A DNA stretch of 64,000 nt from Cetorhinus maximus (lineage: Eukaryota), in the NCBI RefSeq assembly GCF_964194155.1, contig NW_027596908.1, positions 62,001-126,000 on the forward strand, given 5' to 3'. Of this stretch, positions 10,595 through 22,869 are shown one piece after another (the first letter of the stretch is position 1; each line of letters starts with the position of its first letter). The position numbers were made by a program, and so were the translations under genes. The notes beneath the pieces are model-generated. The model did no database searches, was not told where the DNA came from, and saw only the letters and a program-made list of their open reading frames with translations.

Positions 10595-12290
10595 TTAACA
10601 TTTTCACCCTAATTTTCAAACATATCCATGGCCTCCTTCCCCTCCCTATCTCTATAACCTCCCCCCAGCCCCAACAACCCTCCCTATCTCGGTTACCTCC
10701 TCCAGCCCCAACGACCCTCCCTATCTCGGTTACCTCCTCCAGCCCCAACAACCCTCCCTCCCTAACTTGGTTACCTCCTCCAGCCCCAACAACCCTCCCT
10801 ATCTCTGTAACCTCCTCCAGCCCCTACAACTTCCTAATATCTGTAACCTCTTCCCACTCCTAGAAACCTCCCTACCTCTGTAGACTCCTCCAGCTCCTAC
10901 AACCCTCCCTATCTCTGTAGCCTCCTCCAGCTCCTACACCCTCTCTATCTCTGTAACCTCCTCCAGCCCCTAAACCCTCCCTATCTCTGAAACCTCCTCC
11001 ATCCCCTATAACCCTCCCTATCTCTGTAAGCTCCGCCAGCCACCACAACTCTCCCTATCTCTGAAACCTCCTCCAGCCCCTACAACCCTCCCTATCTCTG
11101 TAACCTCCTCCAGTCCCTACAACCCACCCTATCTCTGAAACCTCCTCCAGCCCCCACAACCCTCCCTATCTCTGTAACCTCCTCCAGCCCCAACAACCCA
11201 CCCTATCTCTGAAACCTCCTCCAGCCCCCACAACCCTCCCTATCTCTGAAACCTCCTCCAGCCCCCACAACCCTCCCTATCTCTGTAACCTCCTCCAGCC
11301 CCCACAGCCCTCCCTATCTCTGTAACCTCCTCCAGCCCCCACAACCCTCCCTATCTCTGTAACCTCCTCCAGCCCCCACAACCCTCCCTATCTCTGTAAC
11401 CTCCTCCAGCCCCCACAACCCTCCCTATCTCTGTAACCTCCTCCAGCCCCCACAACCCTCCCTATCTCTGTAACCTCCTCCAGCCCCCACAACTCTCCCT
11501 ATTTCTGTAACCTCCTCCAGCCCCGACAACCCTCCCTATCTCTGTAACCTCCTCCAGCCCCGACAACCCTCCCTATCTCTGTAACCTCCTCCAGCCCCTA
11601 CAACCCTCCCTATCTCTGAAACCTCCTCCAGCCCCGACAACCCTCCCTATCTCTGTAACCTCCTCCAGCACCTACAACCCTCCCTATCTCTGAAACCTCC
11701 TCCAGCCCCTACAACCCACCCTATCTCTGAAACCTCCTCCAGCCCCCACAACCCTCCCTATCTCTGTAACCTCCTCCAGCCCCTACAACCCTCCCTATCT
11801 CTGAAACCTCCTCCAGCCCCGACAACCCTCCCTATCTCTGTAACCTCCTCCAGCCCCTACAACCCTCCCTATCTCTGAAACCTCCTCCAGCCCCCACAAC
11901 CCTCCCTATCTCTGTAAGTTCCACCAGCCCCCACAGCCCACACTATTTCCATAACCTCCTCAGCCCCTACATCCCTCCGAGATCTCTGCGCTCCTCCCAA
12001 TTCCGGCCTCTTGACCATCCCCCGATTCCCCATCGCTCCACCGTTGGCGGCCGTGCCTTCAGGTGCCTGGGGCCCTGAGCTGTGGAATTCCCTCCCTAAA
12101 CCTCTCCGCCTCTCTGTCTCTTCACGCCTTTAAGACACTTCTCAAATCAGACCTCTTTGACCAAGCTTTTGGTCACTTGTCCTGACATCTCCTTATCTGC
12201 TTTAGGGCCACGTTTTGTGTTAGAACACTCCTGTGAAGCCCCTCTGGATATTTTGTCATTCTGAAGGTGCTATATAAATGGCAATTCTTG
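10595..12290 (+). mobile_element. L2-type LINE 3' end containing expanded 37-bp minisatellite (~10640-11970)
   Basis: Flanks read as HGL-PPYL-NLLQP...PPRSLRSS and [16 protein letters not shown]; unit ccctatctctgtaacctcctccagcccctacaaccct, 37-bp period. Confidence 0.8.
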
Positions 12291-12350
12291 TTGTTCTTAT
12301 TGGCTCCTGCCTGTTTGCTCCTCACTCACCACCGTAACCTTCATTTCTAG

Positions 12351-12754
12351 ATGTGCCGAGTGTCATTTTCCACGCTAAAGTGTCCGACGGCAAGAACCCA
12401 GGGGCAAAGCAACGTCTCATTTACGACTCAATTATTGTCAACAAAGGATCAGCTTACAACCCCTTGACTGGGGTTTTCACTGCCCCAGTGGCCGGCACCT
12501 ATCACTTCACTTACTCACTGCTCGGGGGAACGCACGCAGAAAATACTGTGGTGCACCTGATGAGGAATGAGGAAACACAGAGTTACTTACACAGCAAACT
12601 GAAAAGTGAACAAGCCCAGACAGCGTCCATGCCCGCAATACTGTCCCTCAACAAAGGTGATCAAGTCTGGGTCCGGCTGGTCAGCGGAAACATATGGAGT
12701 GGACTGGGAGCCATGAACTTTCAGGGAGTCCTTCTGGAGGCTGATGAGGCGTGA
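12351..12754 (+). CDS. Left-arm C1q-domain gene, terminal exon encoding globular C1q domain (cerebellin/C1q-like)
   Basis: TTCTAG|AT acceptor; VIFHA, [50 protein letters not shown]; TGA at 12752-12754. Confidence 0.92.
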
Positions 12755-13019
12755 GCTGGCAGGGCCTCTGGCCTTGACAGACTGAGCTGGACTCCCGTGA
12801 GGAACGGTCCACTCTGTCCAATCAACACCTGCCGCTTGACAAATCCATGGAACATTTTCATCCTTTCTTTGCAACCTTTCAATATTTGTACTCTTATTTT
12901 TTTGCAAAGTGAGGAGATGATCCAGAGAACTCACCAGAAACCCGATACTCCCATACCCCCATCTACTGTCAGAAAAACTCCCTACAACATCCCAGCTCCC
13001 CAACTGGAACATCTTCCTC

Positions 13020-14830
13020 CATAACCCAGCTCCCACATCGGGACCCCTCCCTCCAAAACCCGAGCTCCCCCATCAGGACCCCTCCCTCCAATATCCCTAC
13101 TCCCCATCGGGACAATACCCTCCAAAACCCGAGCTCCTCCATCAGGAACCCTCCCTCCAATACCTCTATTCCCCCATCGGGACCCCTCCCTCCAATAACC
13201 CTACTCCCCCATCAGGACCCCTCCCTCCAATACCCCAACTACCCCATCGGGACCCCTCCCTCCAATATCCCAACTACCCCATTAGGACCCCTCCCTCCAA
13301 TACCCCAACTCCCCCATCGGGACCTGCCCCTCCAATACCTCTACTCCCCAATCGGGACCCCTCCCTCCAATACCCCTACTCCCCCATCGGGACCTGCCCC
13401 TCCAATACCCCTACTTCCCCATCGGGACCCGTCCCTCCAATACCCCAACCCCCCCATTGGGACCCCTCCCTCCAATATCCCAACTCCCTCATTGGGACCC
13501 CTCCCTCCAATATCCCTACTCCCCCATCGGGGCCCGTCCCTCCAATATCCCAACTCCCCCATCGAGACCCCTCCCTCCAATATCTCAACTCCCCCATCAG
13601 GACCCCTCCCTCCAATATCCCAACTCCCCCATCGAGACCCCTCCCTCCAATATCCCAGTTCCACCATCGAGACCCCTCCCTCCAATACCCAAGTCTCCTA
13701 TCGGGTCCCCTTCCTCCAAAACCCCCATCGGAAGCCCTCCCTCCAATTCCACAACTCCTCCATCGGGACCCCTCCCTCCAATAACCCTATTCTCAAATTG
13801 GGCTCCCTCTCTCCAATACCCCCTTTCCCCCATCGGAAGCCCTCCTTCCAATACCCCAGTTCCCCCATCAGGACTCCTCCCTCCAATACCCCAATTCACC
13901 ATGAGAAGTCCTCCCTCCAGTACCCCTACTCCCCCCAAAGGAAGCCTTCCTTCCAATACCCCAATTCCCACATCAGGAGTCCTCCCTCCAATACCACTAT
14001 TCCCACTTTGTGACTCCCCACTCCAATTTCACATCTTCCCCCATCAGAAGCCCTCCCCCCAACCCCCCAAATCTCCCATTGGGACCCCTCTCTCCAACAC
14101 CCCAAATCTCCCATTGGGACCCCTCCCCCCAACCCCCCAAATCTCCCACTGGGACCCCTCTCTCCAACACCCCAAATCTCCCAATTGAACCCCTCCCTCC
14201 AACACCCCAAATCTCCCATTGTGACCTCTCCCCCCACCCCCCAAATCTCCCATTGGGACCCCTCTCTCCAACACCCCAAATCTCCCATTGGGACCCCTCC
14301 CCTCAAACCCCCAAATCTCCCACTGGGACCCCTCTCTCCAACACCCCAAATCTCCCATTTGGACCTCTCCCTCCAACACCCCAATCTCCCATTGTGACCC
14401 CTCCCTCCAACACCCCAATCTCCCATTGTGACCCCTCCCTCCAACACCCCAATCTTCCATGGGGATCCCTCCCTCCAACACTCCAAATTTCCCATCAGGA
14501 CCCCTCCATCCAATATCCCAAATCTCCCATCGTGACCGCTCCATCCAATATCCCAAATCTCCCATCGGGACCTCTCTTTCCAACACCCCAAATCTCCCAT
14601 TGTGACCCCTCCATCCAATATCCCAAATCTCCCATTGTGACTCCTCCCCCAAACCCCCCATCAGGACCCCTCTTTCCAACACCCCAAATCTCCCATCGGG
14701 ACCCCTCCATCCAATATCCCAAATCTCCCATCGTGACCCCTCTCTCCAATACCCAAACTCCTCCAAATCTCCTCCATCCAATATCTCAACTTCCTCCGTT
14801 AGACCGCTTCCTCCAATACCCCCCAATCCA
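13020..14830. repeat. C-rich ~35-36-bp minisatellite (ccccatcgggacccctccctccaatatcccaactc)
   Basis: Tandem degenerate units; mirrored at 18700-21060. Confidence 0.9.
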
Positions 14831-14879
14831 TCGAGACCCCTTTCTCTATTGCCCCAAAATTTTCACCACCACATGGGAA

Positions 14880-15180
14880 CATAAAACTTAGGAGCAGGAG
14901 TAGGCTATTCAGTCCTTTGAGCCTACTCCACTATTCGATAGGATCATGGCTGACCTGACTGAAGTCCCAACTCCACTTTCCCCCATATCCCTTGACTCCC
15001 CCTGTCTATCAGAAATATGTCTAACTCAGTCTTGAATAAATTCAATGACCCAGCATCCACTGCTCTCTGTGGAAGAGAATTCCGCAGACTAACAAACCTC
15101 TGAGTACATTAACGATCCTCCTTATCTCCATCTTAAAATAACTGTGTCCCCTTGTCCTCATTTTCTCCACAAGAAGAAAT
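14880..15180 (-). mobile_element. CR1-type 3' tail fragment
   Basis: ttaggagcaggagtaggctattcag...gatcatggctga matches the CR1 tail at 44240-44310; mirrored at ~18365-18655. Confidence 0.7.
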
Positions 15181-15296
15181 ATCCAGCACCACTACCTAAC
15201 CCTAAATTCACCACACCCACTCCCTTAAATTTTCCAATGAGGTTTATCTCACTCTCTCCCCAGTACCCCCTGCCCCTCGATCCCGACTCCCAGTGT

Positions 15297-16336
15297 GTAG
15301 GCCAGGGTGATTAGATTTTGGTTTATCTCGACCACTTTTAGACCATTTTTATATTATATTCACTGTAATAGCTAACAAGGTCAAGGAAGCCATTTTGATA
15401 CTAACACATGGCTAAACAAGCTATTTTGTATTTTGCGTTAACTGCATGTATTAACGAAATCATTATATTAAGATAGTAACCAGTCACAAAACTGATGATT
15501 GTACAAGCCGTGAGCCTTAAATGAGTTACAATTAATGAATCAGCAATCATATTAATGAGACAGGATTGATTGAATTAAAGGCAACTGCTCTGAAGGCTTT
15601 GATGTATCAGAAGATAAGCAAGGTTTGAAATGTTAAGTAGGTAAACAGGTTAAAGGCAAAAGTTGCATTTTTAAATAAATCAGACTAGATTGATTTCAAA
15701 GGAGGGATGAAATATTTTGCCTGGCCAGGAGAAGTTAAGAAAAAGTGTGTTTATTTTTCCAAAAGATTACTGGTAAAATTTTTACTATGAGAGATTTTTA
15801 GTATTAGAGATGTGAAGTCCAAAGCCATAATGAAACAATGGGAATTTGCATTCAAAGGGGAAAATATGTCTCAAGGAAAGAAGACTGTGTGTAAGGACAG
15901 GCATTCTAAGACCTAACAAGTGTGAAAAACCTTCAGCATCTAAGCCTCAAGCTGATGTCTACAAAGAACTGAAGTTAAGAAAACTCACTTTGAATTGGAT
16001 TGTTCAGGGTCATGTGTTTCTTTGCCTGGGTCTTTTAACATTTATGTGTCTAACTGTTGCCTTAATGAAAGTGTAAGTGGTAGATTAGCTAGTGGATTTA
16101 GAAGTTATGATAGTAATAATTTGTAGATCTATGTATATACTTAAAATGATTTCTTCTATTAATAAAGGTTTAATTTAGTTTTGTAAGAAACCTATAAGAT
16201 TCGGTGGTCTTACTACGACTGAATTCAAGCCACACAACTTGAAATTTATACAAATTGCAAACAGTTGTGGCAGGTATTTCAAGTTTCCCTTTGGGATTTG
16301 AGCAGCTCAGCATTTACCATTGGCTGTGCCATAACA
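15297..16336 (+). mobile_element. LTR-like AT-rich sequence A (possible solo LTR)
   Basis: TGT...ATAACA ends, AATAAA at 16161; no TSD found. Confidence 0.35.
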
Positions 16337-16569
16337 TGGTCAGAGCGAGAGAGAGAGGGTGAGCAGGCATGGGCAGAGGGAGAGAGAGAGCAGGGATGGA
16401 CAGAGGATGAGAGAGAGAGCAGGAATGAATAGAGGGAGAGAGAACGCGGGGATGTACAGAGGGCGATAGAGAGAGAGGGGATGGAAGAGAGAGAGAGAGC
16501 GAGGATGAGAAGAGGGAGGAAAAGCGGAGATCGACAGAGGCAGAGAGAGAGAACGGGGATGGGCAGAGA

Positions 16570-17265
16570 GGGGGAGAGTGGGATTAGACTGGGTGGGATA
16601 TTAATGGGTGAGGGGAGAGTGGGATTAGTCTGGGTGGGATATTAAAGTGTGCGGGGAGTGAGGAGGAGAGTGGGATTAGAGGAAGCGCGATATTAAAGGG
16701 TGCATGAGGTGAGTGGAGAGTGGGATTAGACTGGGTGGGTAATTAAAGGGTCCGGAGAGTGAAAGGGAGAGTGGGATTAGTCTGGGTGGGATATGAGGGG
16801 TGGGGATGAGTGAGGGGGAGAGTGGGATTAAACTGGGCGGGATATTCCACAGTATGAGTGGGATTAGACTGGTGGGATATTAAAGAGTGTGAGTGGGAGA
16901 GTGCAGTTAGACTGGGTAGGTTATTAAAGGGTGCGGATGTGAGGGGGAAAGTGGGATTTGACTGAGTGGGATATTAAAGTGTGTGAGTGGGAGAGTGGGA
17001 TTAGACTCGGTAGGTTATTAAAGGGTGCGGATGTGAGGGGGAAAGTGGGATTTGACTGGGTGGGATATTAAAGTATGTGAATGAGAGAGTGGGATTAGAC
17101 TGGGTGGGTTATTAAAGGATGCAGGGAGTTAGGGGGAGAGTGGGATTAGACTGGGTGGGATATTGAAGGGTGCGTGAGGTGAGTGGGAGAGTGGGGTTAG
17201 ACTGGATGGGATATTAGGGTTGGGGGTGTGTGAGGGGGAGAGTGGGATATTAAAGGGCGTGGGAT
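16570..17265. repeat. 51-bp satellite array (G-rich on +) in the palindrome spacer, preceded by GA-rich tract 16340-16570
   Basis: gggagagtgggattagactgggtgggatattaaagggtg units, reverse complement of the 39590-43600 array. Confidence 0.85.
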
Positions 17266-17277
17266 TTTATCTGATCT

Positions 17278-18243
17278 TGTTATCCATAATTTAATTGATT
17301 TCAGGCATCCCAATTTGCCAGCAATTTCTAAGTGACTCAATAAATTTACTTTTGTTTGTACAGGATTTAACCCATTAAGGCAAGACAGGACGCTTTGGAA
17401 AGTAACTTTAAGAAATTTATTAAAAGAGCAAGGTATGCTTAGCAACTCAAGTCTGTGACTTTTAACAACTTCCCCTGGGCGATCAGTCTGTCGATATGTA
17501 ACCCTCTCAAGACTCTGTATGGGACACAAGGAGTCTTCACTTCTTATTTAGTCATCACCTTATGTCAGAGTCAGGCTTTTTCCAATTTAACAATTAATTG
17601 GTTAATTAATTGGTTCTTGACCATAGTAGCCACCTGGCCTCAGTATTTTCGACAAGAATACAATTGAACTGTTTCACCGTGTCTCTCCATCTAATCACTA
17701 TTCACAAAGGCAAGCTCTTTGAGGTCAGACTGATGAAGAGTCATACGGACTTGAAATGTTAACTCTGTCTTTCTCCCCACAGATGCTGTTAGACCTGTTG
17801 AGTTTTTCCAGCATTTTCTGATTTTGCCTCTTTGTGGTCATGGTGTACACTCTCTCAGGAACTTATCAGAGTTCCAAGCATTACACTGATGGAATAACTT
17901 TTCAGAAACTGCTCTTTCTCACACCAACATAGAAATTTATTGTAATTAACAATTAACAAGCTTTAAATGAAAATCCTGTCTCATTAATATGATTGTTGAT
18001 TCTTTAATTGTAGCTCATTTAAGGCTCACTGCTTGTACAATCATCAGATTTGTGACTGGTTACTATCTTAATATAATGATTTCATTAATACATGCAGTTA
18101 ACGCAAAATACAAAATAGCTTGTTTAGCCATGTGTTAGTATCAAAATGGCTTCCTTGACCTTGTTAGCTATTACAGTGAATATAATATAAAAATGGTCTA
18201 AAAGTGGTCGAGATAAACCAAAATCTAATCACCCTGGCCTACA
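17278..18243 (-). mobile_element. LTR-like AT-rich sequence B (possible solo LTR)
   Basis: Minus strand TGT...GGATAACA, AATAAA at 17421-17416; shares only its first ~280 bp with sequence A. Confidence 0.35.
17728..17827 (+). ncRNA. 100-bp insertion carrying a minimal hammerhead ribozyme motif (Penelope-type)
   Basis: CTGATGA 17730-17736, stem II gagtc/atacg/gactt, GAAA 17753-17756, tgtTA; flanked by 13-bp near-perfect TSD ctctttgaggtca (17715-17727) / ctctttgtggtca (17828-17840). Confidence 0.75.
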
Positions 18244-18699
18244 CACTGGGAGCTGGGGTCGGGGGGCAGGGGGTACTGGGGAGAGAGTGAGATAAATCTC
18301 ATTGGAAAATTTAGGGGAGTGGGTGTGGTGAATTTTGGTTTAGGTAGTGGTGCTGGATATTTGTGGAGAAAATGAGGACAAGGGGACACAGTTATTTTAA
18401 GACGGAGATAAGGAGGATCGTTAATGTACTCAGAGGTTTGTTAGTCTGCGGAATTCTCTTCCACAGAGAGCAGTGGATGCTGGGTCATTGAATTTATTCA
18501 AGACTGAGTTAGACATATTTCTGATAGACGGGGGGAGTCAAGGGATATGGAGGAAAGTGGAGTTGGGACTTCAGTCAGGTCAGCCATGATCCTATCGAAT
18601 AGCGGAGTAGGCTCAAAGGACTGAATAGCCTACTCCTGCTCCTAAGTTTTATGTTCCCATGTGGTGGTGAAAATTTTGGGGTAATAGAGAAAGGGGTCT

Positions 18700-21060
18700 C
18701 GATGGATTGGGGGTCTTGGAGGAAGCGGTCTAACGGAGGCAGTTGAGATATTGGATGGAGGAGACTTGGAGCAGTTTGGGTATTGGAGGGGTCACGATGG
18801 GAGATTTGGGATATTGGATGGAGGGGTCCCGATGGGAGACTTGGGGTATTGGAGGGAGGGGTCCTGATGGGAGATTTGGGGTGTTGGAGAGAGGGGTCAC
18901 GATGGGAGATTTCAGATATTGGATGGAGGGGTCCTGATGGGAAATTTGGGATATTGAATGGAGGGGTCCTGATGGGAAATTTGGGATATTGGATGGAGGG
19001 GTCTCCATGGAAGATTGGGGTGTTCAAGGGAGGGGTCCCAATGGGAGATTTGGGGGTTGTGGGGAAGGGCTTCTGATGGGGGAAGATGTGATATTGCAGG
19101 GGGGTGTCACAAAGTGGGAATAGCAGTATTGGAGGGAAGACTTCTGATGCGGGAATTGGGGTATTGGAAAGAAGGCTTCCTTTGGGGGGAATAGGGGTAC
19201 TGGAAGGAGGGCTTCTGATGGGGGAAAGGGGGTATTGGAGAGAGGGAACCCAATTGGAGAATAGGGTTATTGGAGGGAGGGGTCCCGATGGAGGAGTTGT
19301 GGAATTAGAGGGAGGGCTTCCGATGGGGGTTTTGGAGGGAGGGGTCCCGATAGGAGACTTGGGTATTGGAGGGAGGAGTCCCGATGGGGGAGCTGAGATA
19401 TTGGAGGGAGGGGTCCCGATGGGGGTTTTGGAGGGAGGGTTCCCAATTGGAGACTTGGGTCTTGGAGGGAGGGGTCCCGATGGGGGAGCTCGGGTTTTGG
19501 AGGGAGGGGTCTCGATGGGGGAGTTGGGATATTGGAGGGAGGGGTCCCAATGGGGGAGCTTGGATATTGGATGGAGGGGTCTCAAAGGGGGAGTTGGGGT
19601 ATTGGAGGGAGGGGTCCTGGTGGGGGAGCTGGGATAATGGAGGGAGGGGTCCCGATGGGGGAGTTGGGATATTGGAGGGAGGGTTCCCGATGTTGGAGTT
19701 GGGGTATTGGAGGGAGGGGTCTCATTGGGGGAGTTGGGATATTGGCGGGAGGGGTCTCACTGGATGAGTTGGGGTATTGGAGGGAGGGGTCCCGATGGGG
19801 GAGTTGGGATATTGGAGGGAGGGGTCTCGATGGGGGAGCTGGGGTATTGGAGGGAGGGGTCCCGATGGGGGAGTTGGGATATTGGAGGGAGGGGTCCCGA
19901 TAGGGGAGTTGGGATATTAGGGGGAGGGGTCTCATTGGGGGAGTTGGGATATTGGCGGGAGGGGTCTCACTGGGGGAGTTGGGATATTGGAGGGAGGGGT
20001 CCCGATGGGGGAGTTGGGATATTGGAGGGAGGGGTCCCGATGGGGGAGTTGGGATATTGGAGGGAGGGGTCCCGTTGGGGGAGTTTGGGTATTGGAGGGA
20101 GGGGTCTCAATGGGGGAGCTGGGTAATTGGAGGGAGGGGTCTCGATGGGGGAGTTGGGATATTGGAGGGAGGGGTCCCGATGGGGGAGCTGGGATATTGG
20201 AGGGAGGGGTCTCGATGGGAGAGTTGGGATATTGGACAGAGCGGTCCCGATGAGGGAGTTGGGGTATTGGAGGGAGGGGTTCCGATGGGGGAGTAGGGGT
20301 ATTGGAGGGAGGGGTCGCGATGGGGGAGTTGGGATATTGGAGGCAGGGGTCCCGATGAGGGTCGGGGTATTGGAGAGAGAAGTCCCGATGAGGGAGTTGG
20401 GGTATTGGTGAGAGGGGTCCCGATGGGGGAGTTGGGATATTGGAGGGAGGGGTCTCGATGGGGGAGCTGGGATATTGGAGGGAGGGGTCTCGATGGGAGA
20501 GTTGGGATATTGGACAGAGGGGTCTCGATGGGGGAGTTGGAGTATTGGAGGGAGGGGTCCCGATGGGGGAGTAGGGATATTGGAGGGACGGGTCCCGATG
20601 GGGGAGTTGGGATATTGGAGGGAGGGGTCCCAATGGGGGAGCTCGGGTTTTGGAGGGAGGGGTCCCGATGTGGGAGTTGGGTTATTGGAGGGAGAGGTCC
20701 CCATGGGGGAAGTTGGGTTATTGGAGGGACGGGTCCTGATGGGGAGCTCGGGTTTTGGTGGGAGGGGTCCTGATGGGGAGTAGGGATATTGGAGGGAGGG
20801 GTCCTGATGGGGAGCTCGGGTTTTGGAGGGAGGGGTCCTGATGGGGAGTAGGGATATTGGAGGGAGGGGTCCTGATGGGGGAGCTTGGGTTTTGGAGGGA
20901 AGGGTCCCGATGGGGGAGTTTGGGTATTGGAGGGACGGGTCCCGATGGGGGAGTAGGGGTTTTGGAGGGATGGGTCCCAATGGGGGAGTAGAGGTATTGG
21001 AGGGAGGGGTCCTGATGGGGGAGCTCGGGTTTTGGAGGGAGGGGTCCCGATGTGGGAGCT
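18700..21060. repeat. G-rich ~35-36-bp minisatellite (mirror of 13020-14830)
   Basis: gagttgggatattggagggaggggtcccgatgggg tandem units. Confidence 0.9.
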
Positions 21061-21333
21061 GGGTTATGGAGGAAGATGTTCCAGTTGGGGAGCTGGGATG
21101 TTGTAGGGAGTTTTTCTGACAGTAGATGGGGGTATGGGAGTATCGGGTTTCTGGTGAGTTCTCTGAATCATCTCCTCATTTTGCAAAAAAATAAAAGTAC
21201 AAATATTGAAAGGTTGCAAAGAAAGGATGAAAATGTTCCATGGATTTGTCAAGCGGCAGGTGTTGATTGGACAGAGTGGACCGTTCCTCACGGGAGTCCA
21301 GCTCAGTCTGTCAAGGCCAGAGGCCCTGCCAGC

Positions 21334-21737
21334 TCACGCCTCATCAGCCTCCAGAAGGACTCCCTGAAAGTTCATGGCTCCCAGTCCACTCCATGTGATT
21401 CCGCTGTCTAGCCGGACCCAGACTTGATCACCTTTGTTGAGGGACAGTATTGCGGGCATGGACGCTGTCTGGGCTTGTTCACTTTTCAGTTTGCTGTGTA
21501 AGTAACTCTGTGTTTCCTCATTCCTCATCAGGTGCACCACAGTATTTTCTGCGTGCGTTCCCCCGAGCAGTGAGTAAGTGAAGTGATAGGTGCCGGCCAC
21601 TGGGGCAGTGAAAACCCCAGTCAAGGGGTTGTAAGCTGATCCTTTGTTGACAATAATTGAGTCGTAAATGAGACGTTGCTTTGCCCCTGGGTTCTTGCCG
21701 TCGGACACTTTAGCGTGGAAAATGACACTCGGCACAT
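21334..21737 (-). CDS. Right-arm C1q-domain gene, terminal gC1q exon
   Basis: Same motifs as 12351-12754; reads VRLDSGITW instead of VRLVSGNIW; acceptor TAG at 21740-21738. Confidence 0.92.
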
Positions 21738-21794
21738 CTAGAAATGAAGGTTACGGTGGTGAGTGAGGAGCAAACAGGCAGGAGCCAATAAGAA

Positions 21795-22700
21795 CAACAA
21801 GAATTGCCATTTATATAGCACCTTCAGAATGACAAAATATCCAGAGGGGCTTCACAGGAGTGTTCTAACACAAAACGTGGCCCTAAAGCAGATAAGGAGA
21901 TGTCAGGACAAGTGACCAAAAGCTTGGTCAAAGAGGTCTGATTTGAGAAGTGTCTTAAAGGCGTGAAGAGACAGAGAGGCGGAGAGGTTTAGGGAGGGAA
22001 TTCCACAGCTCAGGGCCCCCAGGCAGCTGAAGGCACGGCCGCCAATGGGGAATCGGGAGATGGTCAAGAGGCCGGAATTGGGAGGAGCGCAGAGATCTCG
22101 GAGGGATGTAGGGGCTGAGGAGGTTATGGAGTTAGTGTGGGCTGTGGGGGCTGATGGAGTTTACAGAGATAGGGAGGGTTGTGGGGGCTGGAGGAGGTTT
22201 CAGAGATAGGGTGGGTTGTAGGGGCTGGAGGAGGTTACAGAGATAGGGAGGGTTGTGGGGGCTGGCGGAGCTTACAGAGATAGGGAGTGTTATAGGGGCT
22301 GGAGGAGGTTACAGGGATAGGGAGTGTTGTGGGGGTTGGAGGAGGTTTCAGAGATAAGGAGGGTTGTAGGGGCTGGAGGAGGTTACAGAGATAGGGAGGG
22401 TTTAGGGGCTGGAGGAGGTTACAGAGATAGGGAGGGTTGTAGGAGCTGGAGGAGGCTACAGAGATAGGGAGGTTTCTAGGAGTGGGAAGAGGTTACAGAT
22501 ATTAGGAAGTTGTAGGGGCTGGAGGAGGTTACAGAGATAGGGAGGGTTGTTGGGGCTGGAGGAGGTAACCGAGATAGGGAGGGTCGTTGGGGCTGGAGGA
22601 GGTAACCGAGATAGGGAGGGTTGTTGGGGCTGGGGGAGGTTATAGAGATAGGGAGGGGAAGGAGGCCATGGATATGTTTGAAAATTAGGGTGAAAATGTT
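21795..22700 (-). mobile_element. L2-type LINE 3' end with shorter 37-bp minisatellite
   Basis: Mirror of 10595-12290. Confidence 0.8.
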
Positions 22701-22869
22701 AAGATTGCTGTTCTTGCACTTGGTTTAAAATTACATTATTCAGCTGAAGTTACCTCTCCTCATTCTTCCTCCCACAATATATCACATTTCTCATGTTCAA
22801 TTGAATGTGTCGTGTGTTTTTCCATTTCCCTTCTAAAATTACATGATGATTGACGCCCTTTATCCGGCA

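Larger units (their letters stand above)
640..15580 (+). repeat. Left arm of ~15-20 kb inverted segmental duplication (palindrome)
   Basis: Colinear reverse-complement match to 17960-37995; mirrored ORF pairs e.g. 1935+/37454-, 5754-/32502+, 9168+/23805-, 12353+/21735-. Confidence 0.95.

Noticed and set aside
12556-12580. CTGATGA...GAAA inside the C1q exon
   Set aside because: No stem II or III pairing; explained by the coding sequence HLMRNEET
13341-21119. Pro-rich and Gly-rich ORFs as a collagen-like stalk for the C1q genes
   Set aside because: No Gly-X-Y periodicity; they lie 3' of the stop codons and come from a minisatellite
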